A stretch of DNA of 64,000 bases, from contig NC_045716.1 in the NCBI RefSeq assembly GCF_009834535.1, positions 25,730,001 to 25,794,000 on the forward strand. The letters run 5' to 3'. The position numbers and the translations under genes were made by a program. Shown piece by piece: positions 23,601-33,476 of this stretch (position 1 is the first letter of the stretch; the number at the start of each line of letters is the position of its first letter). This stretch comes from Camelus ferus (Eukaryota). Under the pieces are notes generated by a model. It saw nothing but the letters and a program-made list of their open reading frames with translations, searched no databases and was not told the origin of the DNA.

Positions 23601-26600
23601 CTATTATGAAAGAGACATGCCTGGCACAGTGCCTGGGACATAGTAGGTGCTCAGTTTACTGACTGAATCAGTATAATCTAGTGAGTCCTAAGACAGGGCT
23701 GGACGAGTGTTCTGTTTGAATCCAGAGGAGGGACATTAGTTTAACCCAGAGGTTGAGGGAAGATTCTCAGAAGTGATGCGCCCAGAGCTGAGAGTTGGAA
23801 GAAGTGGGGTCTCCTTACTCTTACCCATGCTCCTCAAGAACTCAGTGAGCAGCTTCCTATTTCTTTGGCCAGTGAATAAACTCTCTCCTTTTCCCCCAGG
23901 ATCGAACCCTAGGTAGTGCCCCAGCTTTGTGAGTCACTGAATGGGCCCCCATCTCCTTGGTCAGTGGGTGAGCTGACTTCCCCAGGGAGCAAGGAGCCTA
24001 AGGCAGGATGTCTTGACCAGGCCCTCCCTTCTCCAGGGCTATCTTCCCCCTACCAAGAATGGGGCTGAGCCCAAGAGGCCCAGCCGCCCCATCAACATCA
24101 CGCCCTTGGCTCGACTCTCGGCCACTGTTCCCAACACCATCGTGGTCAACTGGTCGTCTGAGTTCGGAAGGGTGAGCGTGGCGGAGGCAGGGAGCCTGGG
24201 AAAGCCTGCAGGGGGTGAGAGGGAGTCACCCAGTGTCTTGGGCTGCAGAAATACCTTTCTCTTTATGGGTCTCTCTGCCTTAGCTTGCTGTCTCTGGCCC
24301 TCTTGTGACAAAGGAGGGGGTGTTGGTGGGGTGGTGGTGGTGTGCAAAGCGGAGGCTAATTGTCTCTCCCCACCTCCAAGTAGAATTACTCCTTGTCTGT
24401 GTACCTGGTGAGGCAGTTGACTGCAGGGACCCTTCTACAAAAACTCAGAGCCAAGGGCATCCGGAACCCAGACCACTCCCGGGCACTGAGTGAGTAGCAG
24501 CCTGTCCCTCTTCTCCTCTCTGCCCTGGAGCCAATTCTTCCTAGCCCTCCAGCCTTCATAATTAAACTCACACCCGTCTTGTGACACCTGCCTCACCTCT
24601 CACATGAACCCCAACCCTCCCCCTGTGTCCCTTACTTATCTCTGTGGTTGAAGAGTCAGACCATTCCCAGGCACTGAGTGACACCCCTGCATTCCCAGTT
24701 ACACATTGGCTTTGCACCTCACAGACCCTAACTCCAGCCCCAGCTGGAACATGGGTTCTTCAGACTAGAAAGAGTCTTTAAGTATCATCTAATCTAACCC
24801 TCTTGGGATGTTTGAGTTCCCTCTAGGTCATCTCTACCAAAGCGTCACCTAGCTGTATTTAAGCATCTTCGGGGGCTTGGTTGGGGGGTTGAAGGGAATC
24901 CCTTCCTCCCACCTAGCCTTCATAATCCAGATCACAGACTACCCCCACGTGACATCCCATTGGCTCCCAAAGGGTTTCTTCCCACTTGTCTCTCAGCCAG
25001 AGTCATCTGTTTCTTCCCACCCTTGGGCTTCTCTCCAGCCTTGCTGACCCCATGGCTCTGGCCCTACTCTTGTTTCAGTCAAGGAGAAACTGACTGCTGA
25101 TCCGGACAGTGAGGTGGCCACCACAAGTCTCCGGGTGTCACTCATGTGCCCGGTGGGTACAAGGGAGAAGAGAAGGGGTGGAGGGTTGGGTTAAGCCTCA
25201 GGACTCAGATGTGGGTTCCTCAGGCTGTTAGAGTGAGGCTCCCTGGGACGTGGGGACTCTGACCTCTGAACTCATCTCTCCTCAGCTAGGNNNNNNNNNN
25301 NNNNNNNNNNNNNNNNNNNNNNNNNNNNNNNNNNNNNNNNNNNNNNNNNNNNNNNNNNNNNNNNNNNNNNNNNNNNNNNNNNNNNNNNNNNNNNNNNNNN
25401 NNNNNNNNNNNNNNNNNNNNNNNNNNNNNNNNNNNNNNNNNNNNNNNNNNNNNNNNNNNNNNNNNNNNNNCCTTTTGCCTCGGACAGTCCACTAGGACTG
25501 TCTCTCTCTCTCTATGGCTATATACGTTTATATATAGCTTATTTCTTCTCCCATGAACCCCAGCTCTTAACCTATTTGTCTCCTTTATATAAATATAATG
25601 TATATATGTATATAAAATCTGTCCCCTTTATTATATGTATGTGTCTCCAACACTGAGGACTACTCATACCAGGAACCCTGCTGAGCACTTTGCATATCTT
25701 ATCTCACTGAATCCTGTGAGATGCTGATAACCCTGTGAGACGGGTACTGGCATTATTGGTGAGAAAACTAAGGCCTGGAGAGACTTAAGTATCTTTTCTT
25801 TCTTTCTTTTTTTTTGAGATTGAGTATCTTGCTCAAAGTTATATTGTTAGTAAGTGGCAGAGCCAATGTATCCAATGTATCTCCTGTAACAACCACCTGA
25901 CCTCTCACTGAACGCAGCAATCTAGTTCTTTGAGGACCTGGATGTGCTGTCTTGCTGTTCCTAATCCGCCTCCAGAGCCTACATTATGATTCGTATTCCC
26001 AGTGCCTTTTTGAGGTGGTTTACAGAGTTCTGTATCCCCGCTCCTTCTGTCTTGTCCTTAGTACTACACGGAACAGGTGCTTAGAATGTATTTATTTTAA
26101 AACTTAGCACTCAAAGTTTTCGAAGCTCTTTTACATACCTTACTTTATTTGATTCCAACAACAACTCAGAGAGGTCATTAGGGTGGATACTATCCCTGAT
26201 TTACAGATGAGGAAGCTGAGGTTCAGGAAGGTGAGTCCCAGAGCTCCCTGGCTGCTGTTCTAGCCATCTCCCGGCCACATGAGTTCCCATCTCTCCTTTC
26301 CCCCAGTTTATTCATGGAGATTCTTAATTCCTGCTCGGATTGTGATGAGATCCAGTTCATGGAAGACGGATCCTGGTGCCCAATGAAACCCAAGAAGGAG
26401 GCATCTGAGGTTTGCCCCCCGCCAGGGTATGGGCTGGATGGTGAGTGACCCCCTGTCTCCCAGTTGAGCTGAGTCTGGGGTGGCCTCTTCTCTGAGACAT
26501 AGTCTTCTTACTACCCACAGCTGTCCAGTATAGCCCAGTCCAAGAGGGCAATCCATCAGAGAATAAGAAGAGGGTTGAAGTGATTGACTTGACAATAGAA

Positions 26601-28031
26601 AGCTCATCAGATGAGGAGGACGTGCCCCCGACCAAAAAGCACTGTCCTGTCACCTCAGCTGCTATCCCAGCTCTACCTGGAAGCAAAGGGTACGAGGAAA
26701 TAGGCTGAATCTATAGCAGAAGGGGCAGGGAAGACGTCGGGGGTGCTTTCTGATCACTGGGCAAACAAACCCTGGGGCACAGAGGGGACTTGGGAGGCGG
26801 AGCTGCGTGAGGGCATCTGTGTTTCCTTCTCTCCTCACAGAGTCCTGACGTCTGGTCACCAGCCATCCTCGGTGCTGCGGAGCCCTGCTGTGGGCACGAT
26901 GGGCGGCGATTTCCTGTCCGGTCTCCCGCTACACGAGTACCCACCTGCCTTCCCACTGGGGGCTGATATCCAAGGTATGACGCTGATCACAGGGTGGGGC
27001 CCTGCACCGCCACAGCCTCCCCAGAACCGGCTCAGAGCCCTTGATCCTTTTCAGAGCTTTCTGGCCATCTTGCAAAGGGCCACAGTCCAAGGAACTTGAG
27101 TGTTTTGTTTGTTTGTTTTTGGTGGTGAAGGGGCCAGATAGGAAGTTAATTTTAATTTTTCTTTTCTTACCAGGTTTAGATTTATTTTCTTTCCTTCAGC
27201 CTGAGAGTCAGGTAAGTAGCCCCTTCTCCTCCCATGAACATCTCAGATCTCTGAAACTTCCTTTCTAGGCACTGAGGGCCCCCCCCCCCCATTTTCCCCA
27301 GGGGACCTAAATCTGCCTCTCTGTGGAGGAGAGGGGGCAGTACAGGCAGTTTATTTCCCTCCTAGGCCCCACTGGGACTTCCTCGGATTCTCACCCGTGT
27401 CTTCCTCTGTCCTCTATTACTTACTGTTCTGTCTCCAGAGTTCTTGGCGCAGTTCTGCTCCTGTCTGCTCACCCCCCAAACCCATATGCACTTGAGCACC
27501 ACGACTGCCCCAGCCGGACATTCCACACATTTCACACGCCCACAGGGCCAAGAACCTAGCAGGCTGGTGGGGCTGGGAAGGCAGGGAATAGGGGTGGGGT
27601 GCGGGGAAGTGGGGAAGGAGTCAGGGAGAGGCGCTCCCGCTTCTCAGAGAATACCTTGGGATCCCAAGGGGTTGATTCATCCCATATGATATTTCTGAGA
27701 CGAGGGACTGGGAGGCGGGGACAGCCCAGATAATCTCTTAAACCATGCTCTTGATTCCTCCCAGCACTACGGTCCCTCCGTCATCACCTCACTAGACGAA
27801 CAGGATGCCCTTGGCCACTTCTTCCAGTACCGAGGGACCCCTTCCCACTTTCTGGGCCCGCTAGCCCCCACGTTGGGGAGCTCTCACCGTAGCACCACTC
27901 CAGCACCCCCTCCTGGCCGCGTCAGTAGCATTGTGGCCCCTGGGGGGACCTTAAGGGAGGGGCATGGAGGACCCCTGCCCTCAGGTCCTTCTTTGACTGG
28001 CTGTCGGTCAGACATCATTTCCCTGGACTGA
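20290..28031 (+). CDS. PIAS3: E3 SUMO-protein ligase PIAS3 (SAP, PINIT, SP-RING, SIM); 14 exons; 1-nt insertion in exon 2 as assembled; exon 9 mostly in N gap
   Basis: join(20290-20313,22257-22675,22835-22919,23151-23201,23441-23531,24037-24171,24384-24489,25079-25152,25286-~25446[gap],26307-26440,26521-26689,26841-26974,27174-27211,27765-28031). Starts [34 protein letters not shown] and ends GCRSDIISLD*. With a 161-nt exon 9 the sum is 1888 nt, one more than a 628-aa ORF. Confidence 0.95.
25291..25470. other. Assembly gap (180 N) covering most of PIAS3 exon 9
   Basis: Run of N starting 5 nt into the exon (CAG|CTAGG). Confidence 1.
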
Positions 28032-28916
28032 GTTCCTGGCTTTGGGAACCTTCACTGCCTCCTGACAGCTGAGCAAGTATGCTGTGGAGTCTGAACCCCT
28101 GGCCACCCTGACCCCTTGGGGGCTTTGGTCAAAGGCCAGAGAGACCTTCATGGACACCTGTTTTTGGCCTTATCGCTGCCTGACAAGTCCAGCACCCAAA
28201 GGGTTAATATTTAACCTCTTTTGAAGGACATTCGGGGTGTCTGTTTTTGGACGTATTCTTTGAGGGCCGCACATTCCTTTGGGTATGTTAACCTAGGCAG
28301 TAGCAGGCAAATGGGGTGGGATGTGAGTTGGGGAAAGGGCTGAATCCTCAGCCTTAACTGTGTAGAGCCTCGTGGGGAAGGGGCCCTTCTCGGGTCCCCT
28401 AGGTGCCCTCTCTTCCCATTCCCCAGAGCCGGCTCTGTTCCTTCCCCATGTCCATTGTCTCTTCATGTCCATTCCGTTCTCTTTGGCCAAACAGACAGGT
28501 GGAGTAACTGAGACGGGCAGACACATGGACAGAGAACTCTATTTTGGGTTGCAGATTTTTTGTGCATAAACAAGAAAAAACAAAATACTCCAAAGATGAC
28601 TTTCCCTGCCTCCTACTTCCCAGTAATGACTGAGAAGGGGATAAGGCCTTAGCCCTGATCCCCAGGGGTTTGGGAGAAGGGCCTGGCCAATTGCCTGGGT
28701 CTCTATTTATATATTTAAGTTCACAATGTTTCTCATGCTGACCAGCCTGAGGCCTGAGCTTCTAAAGGCCCACGGGCCTGTGGTCAGTTCTGGATCATTC
28801 TGCACCTTTCCTGGGAGGTGGGAGCACCCACGCTCTCCCCCATCTCCTTTTTAAGGCTCCTCTAGGGCCTAGGACCTATGTTGTATTCCCACAGTTGTAA
28901 CAAAGTTCTCACCCAT

Positions 28917-28922
28917 AATAAA
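28917..28922 (+). terminator. Poly(A) signal AATAAA, probable PIAS3 3' end
   Basis: Canonical hexamer about 890 nt after the PIAS3 stop, preceded by AU-rich 3'UTR elements (TATTTATATATTTAAG near 28705-28720). Confidence 0.7.
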
Positions 28923-28971
28923 GGTTATGAATGTTCAGAGTGTCACGGAGGTGGGCTGGGGAGGGGGTTAA

Positions 28972-31492
28972 TCAGATTCCTGGTCTGGCAGGGAGAGGGT
29001 CCACATTCTGTTCTTCCTTTGCTGGCCCTGGGTCCGAGTGAGCTCCACTTCCACGTGATAGGGGTGTCACACTGAGGATTTTCAAGAGCAGTTGTTCCTT
29101 CTTCCTTCCTCTCCCCCATGCCCATAAAAACACCAGACCATTCTGCCCAACACTGTGGAGTCCTTAGGGCCTCATCCTTACCTGCCCAGGTGTTGCAGCC
29201 AGAGCCTGAGGGCAAACTTGGTCCCTGTGCTGACCCTCTCTTGGCTGTCGGCCGCAGCTGGGGTGGTCCGCAGCAGTGTGGACGTGGGCAAGGCCAGAGG
29301 TCGAGCTCCTCCATCCTCTCCTAGTTCCACCGCACTGCGGAATGACAGCTCCTGTCTGTGCTGTGCCTTGTGGCTTCACCCACTTCGTCTGATCCTCCCA
29401 ACCACCAAAGGGAGGAGGAGTGGGTGGGTGTTAATGCCCTTTTACAGAGAGGAGGGTTAAATGACTTGCCCCTGTGAGAGAGTGGGACTGAAGCCCAGGT
29501 CTTCGGTGCTGGCTAGTTGGAGCAGGAACCCTTGGAGTATGATGGGCAGTATCTTTGATCTCATGTTCTCTCTTCACTGTCAGTTAACCAACTCCCTAAA
29601 TCTCCCCCACAACACAAAATTCTCTCCTGAGGAGGAGACAGAAGCTGAACTTCTCAATGTGTATGTGTTGGTGTGTTGGAGGGTTAGGGAGAAGCTCCTA
29701 CTTACGGGACAGAGGGTGGTAGGTCCTGGGGAAGATGTCTGGGTGTCTCTGCCCCATCCTCTGTGGCAGCCACTGCAGCTGCTACATCTGGTCCCAGCCA
29801 CATAAAGGCGCTCACCTCTCCTGGGTTTGGTTGGATCCGGGCCTGGGGCCAGACATGTTGATCCCTTAGTCACGGGCTTTCTCAGGAGACCTGTTTCTGA
29901 TCGCAGCCTACCCATGGGTGGAGTGGACAGACTTGGGGCAGGGGCAGGGGAGAGGCTATTGGATTTCTTGCTCATCTCTGGCCTTCCCCTCCCCCACCCT
30001 AGCCATAGTGAGAACCAGTCTGCTTGGGTCTCCTAAGCCCCATTTCCTTCCTCTACTGCCCGCCCTACCTGCAGCTGCTGCTGTGACTCCTGGGAGATGA
30101 CAAGTAGATAGAGAATGATGTGATGGTATCTGGGGAGACCCCAGCTCAGCCTAGGAGGGTAGGCAGACTAAGAGAGAAGAAAATGGCAAAAGTAAGAACT
30201 TTCTGTCCCTTGAGACTTTGTAAATGCAGCCAAGGAAGTGGAGAGTAGAAACAATGCAAGAGGGACACGGGTAAGGGCTGTGGGATTGGGGACTTCAGAC
30301 ACCCACACACCATCATTTCCCCTGTGGTCAAAGCAACTAGGCCAGTTCTGTGGGCTTCGGTGGGTTAGAAGTTGTCGAGGGTTCTTGTTTAAGTAGGAAG
30401 GAACCTCTCCCAGGTCCTTGTCTCACCTCCCATAGCCCCAGAGGGACCCAAGAGAACTGGCCCCGGGGCAGCTGTAGTCCACTCTCCTCCCAAAGCTCTC
30501 GAAGCCCTCCGTCCAACAGCTGGGAGAGAGAGGGCAGGAGGTCAGAGAGGCCAGCACCTGACTCCTCCAAGTCCTGTGTTTGCCCTTCCCCTGGCCCCCA
30601 CCCAAGGTGATCCCAGACACAGTCCCTCCTTCAGGGCAGGGTGCAGGCTGGGTAAGGTGATCGGTTACCTCTTCATCAAGTTCCACATGCCCACCTGCAA
30701 CAACAGTGGGGCCAGTAGGTGAATGATGGTGTCCTTGGCCAGGGACCCCATGCACTATTTACACCGCCCCCTCCTCCAGGGGGCACAGACGCTGTTGCAG
30801 CCCCTTGTGATTTTGGGACCTAACACATTTCTGGGCCTACTTCTCTGTCATTCTCAGACTGGGGATAGCACTGTTGGGTGAAGGGGAAATTTCTTTCCTG
30901 GACAGGGCCTTGTCCTCAGGGCGCTCACCTGGGGGTACCCAGAGGTTGGGTGAAACGTTGAGGGTGCGTGTCCTTCGGGTCAACAAGACGGTCTGATCGC
31001 TGGACTGCAGAATGACCGCCACACCCAGATCCACACCTCGATTCGTGGGCAGCTCGGCCCCAGGAGCCCCGGGCTGCTGGTCCAGGGCCGCAAAAGGGCA
31101 GAAAGGGGGTCGCTGGTGGGAGGGAACCACTTGGGTTATCGCTTCAGAAGCCGGGCGGGGCTTTCAAAAACTGGGGAGCACCGCACGACGGGGGGATGGG
31201 GGAGGAGGCCGAGCAGGGGCGATAGGCTCGGCCCGCAGGCCCCCGCCTCCCTCCCGATCCCAGTCGCGCCCTTCGGCCCTTCACTGCCCGCTGCGAAGCC
31301 CCTTCTCCCGACCTGGAGCGGAAGCCTGGCCGACGCGCCTGGGAACGGCCTGTCCGAGAGGACGAGCTGTCCCCGCTTCAGGCCGCAGTGCGTGGCCCCC
31401 GGCCCAGCGCCCAGGAGGCCACACACGCTCTGCGAGAAGCTCACGGGCTCGGGGCGCCCGGAGCGGAGCAGCAGCACCCGCGCCGCGGCCAT
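28972..31492 (-). CDS. NUDT17: Nudix hydrolase 17; 8 exons, 323 aa (291 aa if intron 7 is retained)
   Basis: complement(join(31492-31313,31112-30929,30694-30669,30519-30427,30167-30069,29842-29706,29334-29182,29071-28972)) = 972 nt, all GT-AG. Intact Nudix box [24 protein letters not shown] (GX5EX7REUXEEXGU). Last exon [33 protein letters not shown] resembles the recalled human C-terminus ([16 protein letters not shown]). Confidence 0.95.
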
Positions 31493-31630
31493 AGCGCGCC
31501 CCCGGGGGCGGGGGACGGGGTGCTGCGGCCCGCGCGGCGCCCTCTGCCGGCCCGGCCGCGCTTCCCCTCCCGGCGCTCCGCGGGGCCGGCGGGAAGCCCG
31601 GCTTCCGGGACGTCTCCGGAGAAATTTAGG
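31150..31630 (-). promoter_or_regulatory. CpG island covering NUDT17 exon 1 and promoter
   Basis: Very high CpG density; GC boxes and ETS-like CGGAAG motifs at about 31590-31612. Confidence 0.75.
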
Positions 31631-31839
31631 TGTGACACTTGGGGGCTATCCATGCGGGTAATAAATAAATGACAAAGGGGAGCACCTCTAAAACCTCAGC
31701 CCCTGTTTTTCTCCCATCTCTGTGTAGGGAAATGATCCCCAGACAGGGATTTCTGGACTCGCAGGTCAACACCCCCTAGCCACGCGCGGGGGTATAAGCG
31801 CCCCTCCACAGCCCTCTGCGCACCTATCTTGCTATAGAA

Positions 31840-32590
31840 GGTGACACCTCCAATTCGTGAATTAACAGCTGTCTCCCAGCCAGACACCCAGGAAACATTT
31901 CTGACACCTCCCCTTTCTTCTCACTCAAATGGCAACCAAGTGCAGCAGACTCTGCCTCCTTAAATGTTCTCAAATCCATGTCTTTATCTTGTCTTTTACT
32001 TCCAGCCTCCATTACCCTAGTTCAAGCCTTCCTCATATTCTGCCTGAGATATTATTGAAAGTCCTGCCCGCACCTCATATTCTGCCTGAGATATTATTGA
32101 AAGTCCTGCCCCCACCAATTCATTCTCTCCAGTGCTGCCAGAGTGATCTTTCTAAAACGCAAATTTGCTCATTTTGCTTCCCATTGCTCTCAGGATAAGA
32201 TAAGCTACTTAGCCCCGTGTAGCAAGAATCCACCAGTCCGTGCCCCTGCTTGTCAATTCTGGTGGGACTTATGCCCTATTTTCTAGTCATATCTTATTTG
32301 CAGTTCCCCCAAGAAACAGGCTCTGCTTCCTTCCGGGATCCTTGCCCCCTTCCACCTGGCAAATCCCCATCTTTCAAAAAGGTTAAGTGTCACTTTATGC
32401 TCCCGTTCCTGGCTGACCCTTTCCCCCATTGCCTCTGTATAAAATACTTCCCCACCATAGCCCCCTAACACTTGTCTCCTCCCACTAGGCTGTACGCTCA
32501 AGGCTATTCCTCTTTGCATGCTTAAGGCCTGGCCCAGTATGGGGCACATAACAGCTGCTCAGTAAAGCATGGGAAGTGTCTTGAAGGCAG
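31840..32590 (+). mobile_element. L2 LINE 3' fragment (approximate bounds)
   Basis: 'cattctctccagtgctgccagagtgatctttctaaaacgcaaatttgctcatt..cttcccattgctctcaggataagataag' and 'gggcacataacagctgctcagtaaa' are diagnostic L2 3' motifs. Confidence 0.7.
32031..32114 (+). repeat. 42-bp tandem duplication
   Basis: CCTCATATTCTGCCTGAGATATTATTGAAAGTCCTGCCC[G/C]CA twice (32031-32072 and 32073-32114), one mismatch. Confidence 0.95.
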
Positions 32591-33422
32591 AGATGGTATT
32601 GTACTTATCTCTGTACATTATTTCTAGTATAGTGGTTGGCGATTAACTGAGATTCAAATGTTTAATGAATTAGAACACTGGTAAGAGGAAACTGAGGAGA
32701 TTATATATAAAATGAGACCTAACTGCTTTAAATGAAATGAAGCTGCTCATATAAATTATATCAACTAGATTAGTCACCTATCCATGGTACTGAGAGAGAG
32801 AGAAGTCAGAATTGCCACTTTCTAGGAACTACGGTGAAGAGGAAGGCAGTGATTTGGGTGCTTACCACATGCCAGGCATTGTGCTAAGTGTTTTACATAC
32901 ATAATTTCAGATATGCTAGAAGCCTGGAGCTGGCAAATGTGACTTTCATCCATAGGTTCTAGTGTGACTCCTTGGGCCAATCCACCTGTTGGCCCTGAAA
33001 ATATTTTATTCCCCCTCTGTGGGAGCCTTCCACGTTCTCTACACTGTGTGTGTGTATGTGTTTAAGATTACAGTTTCACAAAGTAAAGAAAACAGGTGTT
33101 GCCTTTTGAAAATGGAATGAACATTCTGGAACAGAAAGAAGAAACTTCTTTCATTGTCAGGGATGTTCAAACACAGCCTTAGCTGATTTCTTGGTGGGAA
33201 CTGATGCATCTGTTAGATGATTAATACAGTTGACTTAAGTTCTTTCCCCTGCTAACATTTGACGAGGGGGGAATATAGTGATAGGTCTAAAACAGGATCA
33301 GCAAACTTAAAACAATACGTTAAACTCTTTCTGGTGTATTCTGGGTGGAAGGGATAGAGAAGGGGTTTCAGAACAAGAATCTGCAACTTATCCCACTGCA
33401 CAGCATGCATCCAGGCACCTCC

Positions 33423-33428
33423 TTTATT
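33423..33428 (-). terminator. Poly(A) signal AATAAA of POLR3C (proximal)
   Basis: TTTATT on the + strand about 50 nt past the POLR3C stop; a second TTTATT lies at 33005-33010. Confidence 0.6.
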
Positions 33429-33476
33429 TTTCCTTCCAATCCCCTCAGATCTTTTAAGGGAGACTCTTCTTCTGAG

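Noticed and set aside
24378-24383. NAGNAG (AAGTAG) acceptor at PIAS3 exon 7, where the upstream AG would add an in-frame TAG
   Set aside because: AAG is a weak acceptor next to TAG; nothing in the sequence indicates use.
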